Origin: Octopus sinensis
Lineage: Eukaryota
Direction: 5' to 3'
NCBI RefSeq assembly: GCF_006345805.1
Contig: NW_021833273.1
Coordinates: 1 to 64,000 of the forward strand
Length of the DNA: 64,000 nt
Shown here: positions 13,156-26,106 of the stretch, piece after piece
How the letters are laid out: each line of letters opens with the position of its first letter
Numbering within the stretch: the first letter of the stretch is position 1
Program-made: the position numbers and the translations under genes
Notes under the pieces: generated by a model
The model's database searches: none
What the model was told of the DNA's origin: nothing
The model's input: only the letters and a program-made list of their open reading frames with translations

Positions 13156-14705
13156 AAAAACCCTACTACGCAGTGTGTCATATTTTTGTTTGCCCACTCA
13201 GTTGTATATGCAATATGTTTGGTTTGAATTTCAGATGGCTTAAAGTGGGCAGAACCCCTATGAAAATTCAGAAATTTTCGATGCTGATGAAATTTCAACC
13301 ATGGGTAATTGACACACATCAAGAAGTATTCTCAAAGTTTCCACTTCACATGAGGATTCTAAGACATTCTAATGGGGGCCTTAACTCCCAAATTTTAGTG
13401 ATTTCTTTTATGATCCAAAACTAGGTCAAAAGTACTGAATGGATCTTTACGAAATTTGGAAATTATATTCTATGCATAAGGGCCACAACCCCCATGACAA
13501 TTCATATATTTTTGCTGTTGATGACATTTTAACCATAGATATTAGATACAAATGAAGTCATATTTATAAAATTTCCTCTTCTTACAAGTTAGAAAGACCC
13601 CTTCATAGGGACTTAACACCCACAATTTTGTCATTTTATCTAAGCAAAGACGAATACACTTGTACTCTTGGAAGCTGTAGGGTCACCCGAGCATAAAAGA
13701 TGAGCATTATTTGTAATTCAATGGTACAAAAGTGTAAGAGTTTGCTTTGACATACACTTAGATTGTGATTTCTGCAATGTGCTGCATAAATTGTCAAGTA
13801 AATGAGAGACATCTTTGCTTCCACTGATTTAGCTGCAAAGTGTTGAGTAAAGTTATTTGATTGCAGACCTCCTTTCACTCTTTTTATTATCACTGGGTCA
13901 TACATAGTCCCCAGATGGTAACATTGATTTCAAGGCCTTCCCAGATGAGTGACTGGTTATTCAAACACATTTATAGATTGTAAATTTATTCTGTCCTGTT
14001 ACGTATCAGTATAGTGGTCATTTGCAAACTCCAACTTTCATTTCTCCTTGCCTCACGTCACACAGTGTTAATGTTTATTTCGGTTGGGTCACGCCCTTCC
14101 AATTGCTATAGATTCGTAATGCATCTTACGGATGTGCTTGTCAACTGCATGGTGAGGAATACTACATTGGGAGTGGTACCGACTAGGGTACTGTAGCTGA
14201 CTACTTATTGTGATCATTCGTCTTTTGGTTTCCTGTAGCTTTGCTCTCTTTTACAAATCCAGTGAACATATATTTCCTATTTCAAAGAAATTCAAACAAT
14301 AGATATAGGACCCAAGTTAAAAAGATTCTCAACAATTCCACTTCTTTGGTTGACAATAAGACGCCCACCCCCAATAGGGGCCTTAACTCTCACATTTTAG
14401 AGCTCCATGACCTCCATTTTTCAGGAGCAAAATCCTTTTAACAGGTTCTATAAGACTGGAATTTTGGAATATGCACATAAAAATCAGTAGTATGGGATAC
14501 ATGTGGCACGATTACAATTTTTTAGGGTGTGTAAAGAGGAAAACAACCCACATCTGCAATTTTGATGAAATTCGAAATATAGGTATTCCAGTTCATTACA
14601 GAAAATATAACAGAAAAGACTAATACTTCAATTGCATGTAACACGGGCAACGGCGGGTAACTCTGCTGGTAATTATATATATATATATATACAATACATA
14701 ATTGA

Positions 14706-14865
14706 ATAAGGAACAGAAGAAACCCCGCTCCAACATGCTGTAAGAATACGCCCAAAAATGTTATAAACCACCAATCCATATTTTTGCAAGAGCTAAAGGT
14801 GGTTTATAACGTTTTTTGGCGTATTCTTACAGCATGTTGGAGCAGGGTCTTTCCTGTTCCCTTAT
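14706..14865. repeat. Foldback/MITE-like inverted repeat (~67-bp arms, 25-nt spacer)
   Basis: GCTCCAACATGCTGTAAGAATACGCC..GTTATAAACCACC pairs with GGTGGTTTATAAC..GGCGTATTCTTACAGCATGTTGGAGC; TA-rich flanks. Confidence 0.85.
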
Positions 14866-14930
14866 ATAATTTTTTAATGTATGTATATATATATAATTAT
14901 TATTTTAGTATATATATATATATATATATA

Positions 14931-17710
14931 TTGATTGATTGATTGATTCTAGTTTCAGCTCATGAGCTGTGGCCATGCTGGGGCACAGCCATTTGGTGTT
15001 GCTACTTGGTTTTACTTCACGAAAGCTTTTTAGCAACTGCCATTTGGTGCATGAGAGAGTTCGATGCAGCTGCCCTCATCTGCACCTCCTGCCGTGAAGT
15101 TGGTTCATCTGGGACACCTGACAGGAAGAGATCCAGTTTCATTTTAAAGACATCTGCATCCACCCCATGCAGGTCTCTCAAGTTATTCGGGAGGATATTG
15201 AAGAGCTGTGGGCCTCGGAAGCCCAGGCTATCACAGTATCTTGTCCTACATCTTGATGGCAAATTTGGACTCCTAGGCACCACGCAGTGGCGCCCAGTTC
15301 TGGCATTTGTGTAACTCTCGATGCCAAAGTTTGGGACACGTCCCTCCAGGATCTTCCAGATGTGTATTATGGCATATCTTTCCCGCCTACGCTCCAAGGA
15401 ATATAGTTTTAACCTCTTGAGTCTTTCCCAGTAGCTTACATTCTGCATAGAGGCTATCTTCTTCGTGTAGCTACGCTGGATCGCCTCGAGCTCTGTGATC
15501 AACTTGACACTGGATGGTGACCATAACTGAGAGCAATAGTCAAAGTGGCTTAGGACAAGTGTCCTCCAGAGGACCACCATGGTTTCTTGTTCTCTTGTTC
15601 TAAAGGTTCTGAGAATCCATCTGGCCAGTCGTCTACATTTCATTGCCAATTTAACAACATGTACACGAAAGGTTACGTCATCACTCATGTAAATACCCAG
15701 GTCACGCACTGATTGTGCCTCTGGGATTGCTATTCCTCCGGGTCCAGTGTATTCATTGGGTATTGCATTTAGTTTTGCATGCTGATAGTATAAAGCTTGA
15801 AACTTTTCAGCATTGAACTGCATGCTATTCTTTTCAGCCCACTTGTATATTTTGTCCAGCTCACATTGCAGGCGTTTAGTGTCCTCAGGGTTCTGTATTG
15901 CCTGTGAAACTTTTGTATCATCTGCATAACTTGTGATCGTGGCTCTCTGCGTGGCTGAGGGCATGTCTGAGAGGGCCATTATGAACAGTAGTGGTCCCAG
16001 AACAGTGCTCTGCGGAACACCGCTCACTATTTGCGTTTTAATGGAAGTGGCCCCATTGGCTACTACCACCTGACTTCTATCTTTCAGAAAGTCATGAAGC
16101 CATTCTCCCAGTTTTCCAACTATGTTGAGATCACGCAGTTTGTGACATATCATTCCATGATCGACTTTATCAAAGGCCTTTGCAAAGTCGAGATATATGA
16201 CTTCCACATTTGAGTGGTTGAGCAGCCGTTTCAGCACCCAGTCATAGTGTTGTAGGAGCTGAGTTAAACAGCTTCTCCCTGGTCGGAAACCATGTTGGGT
16301 GTCAGGCAGCAAGTCATTTTCTTCAAGGATGGTGATCAGTTTCCTTCTGACTATTTGTTCCATGACCTTGCTGATGTGTGAGGTCAGAGAGATAGGTCTG
16401 TAGTTCTTGGCCTCCGCTCTGCTACCTCCTTTATGAATGGGGCATATTTTACCTTCCTTCAGTTTTCTTGGAAGTTTGCCAGCTGCAAGGAAGCTCTGAA
16501 AGAGGAACTGCAGTGGTCTTGCTAGGACTCTCTTACATGCTTTTAGGAGGATTGCTGGGAATCCATCGGGGCCAGTAGCTGAGTCTGTTTTCATTTCATC
16601 TATAGCCTTTATTACATCGTCTTCCTTTATATCGATGTAATCTATCGTCGCCGCCTCTGATTTTATATCTTCAGTGGTAAAGAAGTCAGTTGGATTGGTG
16701 ATTTGGAGATGCCCAAGGGGTGGAGTGAAAACACTCTTGAATTGCTCATTCAGTATTTCACTTACCCTCATTGGTTTTCCCGTAAGTGTGCCATCCTTTT
16801 CAAGGAGTGGCCCTATTCTACAGTGCACCGTAGCTGTTTCTTTGGCATACCTGTAGAAAGCTCTGGGTTAGATTTTATGTTGTCTATAGCCCAGGCTTCT
16901 TTGTCTGCTCTTTCCTTTTCATGGGAGAGTTGCAGACATTTTTCAATTTCCAACAGTTTTATTTTTAGGCGGGACTTTTCACTGCTTTCAATCTGTTTGT
17001 TTAGGCGATTTGAAATTTTTGTACGCCGTCTCATTAAAATTTTCCTCTCTCTGGGGATTTTGTTCTTGTGTACAGTGGCCTTTCTCTCTGGGACACATTT
17101 GTAGCATATGGCTTGCATTACAGACATGAATTGTTGAAGTTTCACGTCGATGTCTGGCGAGGAGAGACATTTAGGCCAGTTTTGTTTGAGGATCTCTTTC
17201 TCAATTTGTTTCCAGTTTGCCTTATGGTAGTTCAAGCTGGAAAGATTCTGAGGGTTTCTTGTAGGCTGCATGTCCGTGCTCTCTTTTGGCCCGTACATGG
17301 TCAGCTCTACCATGTTGTGATCCGAGAGTAGTGTCGGTGTCACTTTCACATTATGGATGAGATCCATGTCATTTGTGAAGCAGAGATCCTGCCCTGGTTG
17401 GTTGGAGTATTACTTGCTCCATGTACAGGGTGTTGATGAGGTTCAGGAGGGACCTCGCCTGTCTTCGTTCACATCTTGTCGTTCCTGGGAGAGAAAGGCC
17501 CTCGGGCCATCTGACATTGGGTAGATTGAAGTCTCCCATAAGAAGTACACTTATGTGTTGTTCTAATGTGATTAGAGCTTCTTCTATTTTTATAAGGCAG
17601 TCTTCAAACTTGCCCACATGGATTGGGGCATCTGGAGGGCGATATGTAGCACACACAACTACATCAAGTTGCCTTATATGTACAATTAGTGTGTCACACA
17701 CCGAGTTTGA

Positions 17711-17711
<1 letters not shown>
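14931..17711 (-). mobile_element. CR1-type LINE, 5'-truncated: partial APE endonuclease plus RT, (AATC)n tail
   Basis: APE motifs YRPPD, MGDFNLP, SDHN; RT motifs NYRPISLTS, QHGFRPGRSC, YLDFAKAFDKV, SGVPQSTVLGP, YADD, RDLG; frameshifts near 17390 and 16850; (TA)n on both sides. Confidence 0.92.
15017..16828 (-). CDS. Uninterrupted 603-codon RT portion of CR1-type ORF2 (not an independent gene)
   Basis: ORF track with all RT core motifs; separated from the upstream APE frames by frameshifts. Confidence 0.8.
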   Translation of the reverse strand: MHCRIGPLLEKDGTLTGKPMRVSEILNEQFKSVFTPPLGHLQITNPTDFFTTEDIKSEAATIDYIDIKEDDVIKAIDEMKTDSATGPDGFPAILLKACKRVLARPLQFLFQSFLAAGKLPRKLKEGKICPIHKGGSRAEAKNYRPISLTSHISKVMEQIVRRKLITILEENDLLPDTQHGFRPGRSCLTQLLQHYDWVLKRLLNHSNVEVIYLDFAKAFDKVDHGMICHKLRDLNIVGKLGEWLHDFLKDRSQVVVANGATSIKTQIVSGVPQSTVLGPLLFIMALSDMPSATQRATITSYADDTKVSQAIQNPEDTKRLQCELDKIYKWAEKNSMQFNAEKFQALYYQHAKLNAIPNEYTGPGGIAIPEAQSVRDLGIYMSDDVTFRVHVVKLAMKCRRLARWILRTFRTREQETMVVLWRTLVLSHFDYCSQLWSPSSVKLITELEAIQRSYTKKIASMQNVSYWERLKRLKLYSLERRRERYAIIHIWKILEGRVPNFGIESYTNARTGRHCVVPRSPNLPSRCRTRYCDSLGFRGPQLFNILPNNLRDLHGVDADVFKMKLDLFLSGVPDEPTSRQEVQMRAAASNSLMHQMAVAKKLS

Positions 17712-17793
<82 letters not shown>

Positions 17794-18056
17794 TTGTAAA
17801 TATTAAGGGTTTATTCGGAACGTTTACCAGTTTGCTCTCAGCTAAGTATTCAAAATAGGCTATCCAACAGTTAATATATAAATCCATAATATGCTCATAA
17901 AGTAAGAATTTAGAGGTATATTCCGTTGGATAATTCTGAATACATTACCTTAACCATATGGGTTTCCTGGAGCATATAATCTAAAAATCAACAACAATAA
18001 TAATAAGATTTATTACGAAATGGTATAGCAGTACTTTTTATCCTCTATACACACAC

Positions 18057-18105
<49 letters not shown>

Positions 18106-18127
18106 TATATATATATATAATATATAT

Positions 18128-18171
<44 letters not shown>

Positions 18172-18683
18172 ATGTTGGACGCATTCTTGTCTGTCTCCTA
18201 ACAGAGCATTCTTTATATATATATATTGGACGCATTCTTGTCTGTCTCCTGGCAGAGCTTGTTTCTCAGCGTTCACCAACTCAACTCATCTAGGCTTAGC
18301 AGCCCTTCCTGTTTGTTTTCACTGTCATGTTTTTGTTACCAAATTTGACCCTCCGCAAAATCCCGCAAGTGTTATGTCGAAATGGTACCTCGTTGTGAAT
18401 TGCTCGAAATACGAAGTAGAAAAACAGCCGACAACTGATGAAGTGTCGTTTTTTCATACTTGTCTTGTTTTCCATTTGTTTCTTTTGTTGTTCGCCCAAA
18501 AATTTCGTATTCTATGTCTTCGTTTTTCGTATTTCATGTTGTTTACGTTCCCATATATGCATGTGCCCATATATGCATGTATATACAAATATATGTACGT
18601 ACATATATATGTGTGTGTGTATGTATGCATATATATTTATTATATATATGTGTGTATGTATGCATATATATTTATATATTATA

Positions 18684-18734
<51 letters not shown>

Positions 18735-18745
18735 CAGCTTTACAT

Positions 18746-18831
18746 AGACTGATACATGTTTCAACTGCATTGATTAGTAACTGCTGCAATTGCAGCCTCA
18801 CTATAATACTGGTGCAGTTTCTTCGCGGTCT
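18746..18831 (-). ncRNA. Degenerate type I hammerhead with extended stem II
   Basis: AGAC-C-GCGAAGA-AACTGCA[43 nt]TGCAGTT-GAAACATGTA-TCA-GTCT; perfect 7-bp stem II, palindromic ACATGT; CUGA box damaged. Confidence 0.45.
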
Positions 18832-19231
18832 TTACTTAATATCCTTTGATTTAACTGTTTATACATGCACTAAACACACATATATAATATATAAATGTGT
18901 ATTTTATGCATGATTGTTTGTGCTGGCTCGAGGATAAAGGTGGCATATAATTGGTTCTCTTTTCTCTACCATTTCTCCTAAAACACCATAAGCTATCCAG
19001 ACAGGTAAATAGTTCAGCGCACTCTGATTGGTCAACACTTTGTAGCGTGTCATACATCAATTTGGTTCTTAAAACCTTGTCTCATGCTATGTTTCCCATT
19101 ACTGTCTCCCCATGCCAGCATCTTCTTCAACAAAATAATCATTATATTCTTCCTCATTTTGACTTAGTTTATCATTCATTATCGTCATCTCATTCTCCGG
19201 TTGCAAATGAAGAAATATTTATTATTAATGG

Positions 19232-19446
19232 GGCTTGAAGAATCGTCAGTGCGTCGGACAAAATGCTTAGCTGTCTTTTTTCCAGCTCTTTATGTTATAA
19301 GTTCAAATATCAGCATGGTCAGCGGTCACCTATGCCTTTCAACCCAGCAGGATCGGTAAAATGTAGTACCTGTGAAGTAATGAGACTGATGTAATCAGGT
19401 CGCCGCCTTCTTACAAATTTGTTGATCTTGTGCCAAAATTAGAAAT

Positions 19447-19447
<1 letters not shown>
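19232..19447 (+). mobile_element. SINE family B with (CTA)n tail
   Basis: GAATCGTCAG..AAATGCTTAGC..AGTTCAAAT..GCCTTTCAACC..CTTGTGCCAAAATTAGAAA. Confidence 0.7.
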
Positions 19448-19517
<70 letters not shown>

Positions 19518-20083
19518 GCCAAAATGTTTAACATTTGCTTTACTCAAGAAACTTTCGCAATATGTAATTTTCGGCAGTTTTAATAGATTTTCGGAGCTGC
19601 TCGAAGAGACTTTGAAATTCTTTTGTTTAATTTAATGAGATTTGAAGATAAAAGGGACACAATTTTAAGACCAATCCTCTACATTCTGTTCACCCTGGTG
19701 CGTCCGTCATGATATAAGCTGATCGTTCCGGATGTCTCAACTAGATAATCAGAAATTAGCCACAATATCTGTATGGTAGATAGTCACTGCTTGTATTTTA
19801 AGCATAGATCTCTATGTTCCCCTGATTGTGCATCATGGCTGCTGTATCTGTCTTTGACATAATCTGTATTACTGTTATGTCATCATGTGACCCGATGTGA
19901 AAGACCTGTTCAGATGAGTGTTTAGTCATTTCACGCACCAGTTGCTTGCAAGTCATCAAGTTCAAAGAAATTTCTACCTTATCATATTGTCATGCCTCAG
20001 AGTTTATTCCTATGGGCACGAAAACAGAAACCGGATATAATATTGATTACGTGTTCACCAAACGTGTGATCGTTCATCACACG

Positions 20084-20202
<119 letters not shown>

Positions 20203-21081
20203 ATACATATATATATATATATATATAATACATATATATATATATACACATTGGTGTCTGAGGGTGCAGTAAAGCTACTGGGAATGAGGGACCCCTGGTT
20301 GTTGTCAAGGCACCCCTCTAGGAGAAGGCCACCTCTTATATAAAACCCGCTGCTTTACTGAAAGGAATAATTTGCTCTTTGCTTGTCTCTGAGCTTCTTG
20401 GTGTTGCTTGTGTGAGTCGTGATATTTTGTACACCACTCGACAAACCTGTACGGGGGACATTGCTGTCACTTTTCTGTCAACAGTACACAACTATCGTGT
20501 ATGTATGTATGTATGTATGTATGTATGTATGTATGTATGTATGTATGTATGTATGTATGTATATTTGTATGTATGTATGCATGTATGTACGGATGCGTGT
20601 GTGTGTGGGTGCGCACGGGCGCGGGTATATGTTTATGCCTGTGCATGTACATACATACATACTTATATTTTTAGATATATGCAACAGCGAGATTGTCATG
20701 CATGATGTCTTGTAGAGCAATCAATCAGTCGATGGGTGACAAGTTCGAAATCAAATGTTGATAATTTGTACTTAGAGCCAAACAGTTTATTGTAAACTGC
20801 GTCGGTTCAATTTGCTATCGGAATCGATATCTTATGATTGAGGAACGTTCAGTGTTACGAATACAGCATCTCAAAGATTTAGATTTCTTCTACTGCTCCA
20901 AGAAATAACAAAACGTCAGTTCTAATTTGTGTCGCTGACTCTCGAAGAATTTTTAAGGAGCGACACATATAGGTTAATATAGAAAAAATTGTGTCGCTGT
21001 TACACGTGCATCACGGACAAACAGCTTTAAGTAAACGACCCCACTGATTGTTCATCAGAGATAACGATGGCGGCGACGACG

Positions 21082-21131
<50 letters not shown>

Positions 21132-21604
21132 CATCATCATTATTATGATATGATGATTATGATGATGATGAGTATCGTATTGATAAACTCTTTGTGGAGA
21201 AGTTGAGAGATGAATGTGATCGTTAGCTATAATTCCTTTCTCCTTCCCCTTCTCCTCACCGTCATCGTCGTTATCGTCGTCGTCCTCCTCCTCGTCCTCC
21301 TCCTCCTCATCGTCGCCACTGCCGTTGCCGCTAACTCATAACCACCACCACCACCACCACCACCACCCTTAACAGTGAGGAGAATGCTATTTTCAGTTCT
21401 TTTATTTATTTATTTATTTATTTATGGAGTGAGGTGCACGCCACGCCTAGCCACCCGCACCCTTTCTCCCATAAAACTATCCAGAACACGATCACAAACT
21501 GAGTGACGACATCAGCTGTAACTTGTCAGTAATTATATATCAGTATTTGACAATTCAACGCAACAGACCCTTCATATATATATTCCTGCATAGCTATACC
21601 AAAA

Positions 21605-21635
21605 TGTTTTATATAATAATAATAATAATATAATA

Positions 21636-21728
<93 letters not shown>

Positions 21729-21857
21729 TATTATTATCATTATTATTATTATCATTATTATCGTTATTATCATTATTATTGTTGTTGTTATTATTATTAT
21801 TATTATTATTATTTATTATTATTATTATATATTATTATTATTATTATTATTATTATT
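21605..21857. repeat. (TAA)n followed by (TTA)n microsatellite
   Basis: Direct reading; strand switch near 21692. Confidence 0.9.
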
Positions 21858-22280
21858 GAGTGAGAGAGCAGCTCATGCAATCAAAGTGACACTGAGGTAC
21901 AGATATACGAAGCCCAATATACCTATCATGACTACCCGTCTGATAAGTGTACACCAGACGCATGAACAACATGTTTAAGGATGTTGAACGAAACATCTAT
22001 GTTTCCAGAAGTGAATTAGTCAAACCCCAAAGAATTTCTCTCAAAACATGACTATAATGCTTCCAACTACTTCCTTTCGTGATCAGAGATGCACATTTCG
22101 TCAGCCACTAAGGGACATGCTTAACTGGTTAAAGTCAAGCAACTGACAAGCAAATCTGTGTTATTGAGCAGAATATTTGCTGCAGTCCATCTTTTATACC
22201 AAGACAAAACAATGTACATGATAACTTCCAAGCTGTTAAGATGAGAATCAGTGAGAACCACTGCCTGGTACTGCATCAAT
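21858..22280. repeat. Unclassified dispersed repeat (second copy at ~44690-45050)
   Basis: GTCAGCCACTAAGGGACATGC..GTCAAGCAACTGACAAGCAAATCTGTG.TATTGAG.AGAATATTTGCT found at both loci. Confidence 0.75.
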
Positions 22281-22609
22281 TATTGTTCATGTCGAGCAAG
22301 AACATTTTTCAATGTCCATGATGCTGGGTCACAACCAGTTCCCTTAGATATTGAGGACCTTCCTTACAGTTCTTGTTGTTCTTAATCGAGCAGATTTCTG
22401 AATTAATGCAATTCTCGTGGTTTCACCAGGCTTAATGAGAAGGCTGTTAAGTTTGTTGGCGATAGTACCTTCAGCAACAGGGATTACCCTTCACAGTCGT
22501 CATTTTTCCCAAGCCAAATCATGGTATCATCCTCCTCCTATTGTTTCTCATATATTCACAACAGATTAGACTGTTTGAAAAGAAATATTCCTAACATCAG
22601 ACTACAACA

Positions 22610-23820
22610 AGCAGTCTTAGATGCCAAGAACCTTCCTAAGTGTCCTAGCTGTCCCTAATAACACTGTTTTCTGCAGCTGTGCTAGAATGGGTTTTATGCT
22701 TATTTCCTCTATACATTTGTTCAAATATTTAGGGAGAGTTCCTAATGCACCTATAATTACTGGGATACATTTTACCCGCACTTTCTACAATCTCTGTAAT
22801 TCAATGGCTAAGTTATTTGCTATTTTTTCTATACCTCTCATATTGATTTTTTTCATCACCTGGGACTGTAAAGTCAATTATCTGACATTTTTTATTCCCT
22901 TTATCTACTACTACCACCAAATCAAGCATCTAGCTTATATTACTCTGTCAGTCTGAATGTTAAAGTCCCACAACATCTTGTATTTCTTAATTTCTAGTAT
23001 TTTACTAGGTTCATGATCATACCATTTATCAGTATGTTCAAATCCTAGCTTTCTACATAGCTCCCTATGGATTATTCTTCCTAGAGTGTCATGTATTTTC
23101 TTGTAGTCTTTCTGTGCTAGCATGCTACATTCACTTATTATATGTGTAACACTCTTCTCTTTTGATTTGCATAATCTACATCGGAAATCTACTTGTTTTT
23201 TTTTTCTATCTTGGCTTTTATCCAATTAGTCATTAATGCTTGATCTTGTGCTGCTACTAACAAACTTTCTGTCTCCCTTTTCCAGCATTCCTTTCTGCAA
23301 CGATAACCATGTCTCACTACTACTATTTCCTGCAACTATCTTTGGGAATCTATTATGCAAAACCTCCTGCCAGTCAGATAATTTCTATTTTTTTGTTTTG
23401 TTTTTAACTTCGCTTGATTTTTTTGTTTCACTATGTCTTGCTGTCACTCTTGCAGCTTTTAGTAAGCTTTCTTCACTATTACCTAGATAGGAGTCTATAT
23501 CTACTCTAATTTCACACATTCTTCAACTGATATTAACCCACTTGCGCTTTCCTTTTTTGGTAGGTATAATCTTGCTACACCTCCCCAGTTCTTCTGTTTA
23601 GCTTTGCTAATTCAGTTTTTGTTCAATCTACAGAAGCTGCTGATTATCTTAGTAATGATACTTCCCTGGTATTTACAGCCTTCACTAGAATCCGACCATT
23701 TAGCTTTGACTTCCTTAACCTTCCTCAATATTCGTCTTCCTTTTTGTAGTTAGTACCCTGTCAAATTCCAATACACCAATGCATTTATAACTCTCTCCTC
23801 CTTTCAATGGTCATCTGGTA
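22610..23820 (-). mobile_element. Dong/R4-type RLE non-LTR retrotransposon, decayed 3' part
   Basis: CRLCK..E.SVTHIISEC zinc knuckle, MLWDFNIQTDR, IIDFTVPGD, IPVIIGALG, LQKTVLLGTARTLRKVL. Confidence 0.8.
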
Positions 23821-23834
23821 ATTGGATGCCTTAG

Positions 23835-24012
23835 CTGTTATGACAAGGTTGGCCCCCTTTCAGTTACAGCTACAACTCATTTTTGCCAGCTGAGTGGACT
23901 GCAGCAAGGTGAAGTAAAGTACCTTGCTCAAGAACACAGTGCGCTACTGGGAATCGTACTGATGACTTTATGATCGTGGGTCGAATACTCTTAACCACTG
24001 AACACACACCTC
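23835..24012 (-). mobile_element. tRNA-derived SINE fragment (additional family)
   Basis: Minus strand CAGTGGTTAAGAGTATTCGAC..CGATTCCCAG then TGTGTTCTTGAGCAAGG..CCACTCAGCTGGCAAAAATGAG. Confidence 0.6.
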
Positions 24013-24498
24013 CATTCTCTTAACCGTAGAGAAAGGAGTGAAGCGATAGAAGCAGAGAAAGGAAAGCCTCCGTCATTTAAAATGATAATTAGACTGAAAT
24101 ACGATCGATCCTTTCTAGCTTCTTTACTTTTAAAATTGAAGAAGAGGGAAGGCCATTTACTAATGAATAGGGGGGAAGTCTTTCAGCTGTTTATGTTTTC
24201 ATTCTGGGAGTTCTTGAATGATCGACTGTTTGTTCTCTCTTCTTTCCCCCCACCTCCGGTACTTATTCGCTTTCTTTCATTGTTCTTCATGTCTTTTAGT
24301 TAGGGGGGAAAGACCTTGTTTTTTTCCAGACACGTTTAATGTTTCCTCTACAAACTACAAACAAGCCCACCTCTCTTCTTTATTTTGCATACAAAACTAA
24401 TGCAAATTTCGAACAGGGTATAACTGTGAAAAGAGCCCAGAAAAATGGGTAATACCCCTACAAAATGGGTGAAGGAAATACACCTCAATACTTTAAAG

Positions 24499-24906
<408 letters not shown>

Positions 24907-25378
24907 CCAGAAGAACGTTCCATACCACCAAACCAAGAAGGTTCTTTGAATATGTACGATGTGTTTTATGGCTAAATAGTAATTCTGTTTACGTTTGCGT
25001 AACAGGTATTTTGGTTGGATTATATAGTTATCGGTTTTACACTTCTTTCTTTATTCTGTAACTGTCACTATGTAGAAACATTTCTCATGGCACCAGCATC
25101 CAATTTAAAAATGCTTACATTTTTTATATTTTCCGTGAAGTTTCACGGAAAATATAAAAAACGTCATTATAGCTAGTCATTATTATTACATCATTTTACT
25201 TCGCGGAGCCCTCCATTTTACTTGCTCCTGTTAATTCTGTGAGAGCGGACATCATCCTAGTCAAAGGTTTCACAGGGTCCCTTTCCTCTAATCTCAGACT
25301 CTTTACCGTCAGAATCGTCACAATTATTTTTGAGCATGTTCCACTCTCATACCAATTCCTATAACTATTATTATTATT

Positions 25379-25590
25379 AAGGCGGCGCGCTGACAGAATT
25401 GTTAGAACACTGGACGAAATGCTTAGCGGTATTTCGCTCGTTGCTACGTTCTGAGTTCAAATTTCGCCGAGGTCGAATTTACTTTTCATCCTTTCGGGTC
25501 GATAAATTAAGTACCAGTTCAGTATTTGGGCCGATGTAATCGACTATCATCCTCCCCCAAATGTCAGGCCTTGTGCCTATAATAGAAAGG
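25379..25590 (+). mobile_element. SINE family B, full length, followed by (ATT)n
   Basis: AAGGCGGCGCGCTGACAGAA..GAGTTCAAAT (B box)..TTTCATCCTTTCGGGTCGATAAATTAAGTACCAG (Meta-domain-like)..GGCCTTGTGCC. Confidence 0.8.
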
Positions 25591-25668
25591 ATTATTATTA
25601 TTATTATTATATTATTATTATTATTATTATATTATTATTATTATTATTATTATTAATATTATTATTAC

Positions 25669-25741
<73 letters not shown>

Positions 25742-25752
25742 ATTATTATTAC

Positions 25753-25790
<38 letters not shown>

Positions 25791-25847
25791 GAAAAATTAC
25801 AGCTTATTTTGCTGGGTATGATGGAAAGTGTCAGCTGTCCACAGCCA

Positions 25848-26042
25848 GAAGCAAGCTGGCAGAGTCGTTAGCAAAATGCTTAGCAGCATTTCGTCCGTAT
25901 GAGTTCAAATACCGCTGAGGCTGACTTTACCTTTCATCACCGGGGTTGATAAAATTAATTCCAGTTGAGAACTTCGGTCCATGTAATTGACTTACCACCT
26001 TCGAACTTACAGGCCTTGTGCCAAAATTTGAAATCATCATCA

Positions 26043-26106
<64 letters not shown>

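Larger units (their letters stand above)
11909..14669 (+). mobile_element. Non-autonomous Helitron (possibly composite) carrying nested insertions
   Basis: 5' A|TCTATATGTATAAAA..(TGTC)n..CCAATTTCATTCAAATTT; 3' degenerate hairpin CACGGGCAACGGCGGG then CTGG|T; internal subrepeats (GGGGCCTTAACTC, GATGAAATT). Linking both ends to one element is inferred. Confidence 0.5.

Noticed and set aside
20250-20500. RTE-like 5' UTR motif (CTAGGAGAAGG) and possible HDV-like ribozyme
   Set aside because: I could not build the nested double pseudoknot, and there is no adjacent RTE ORF
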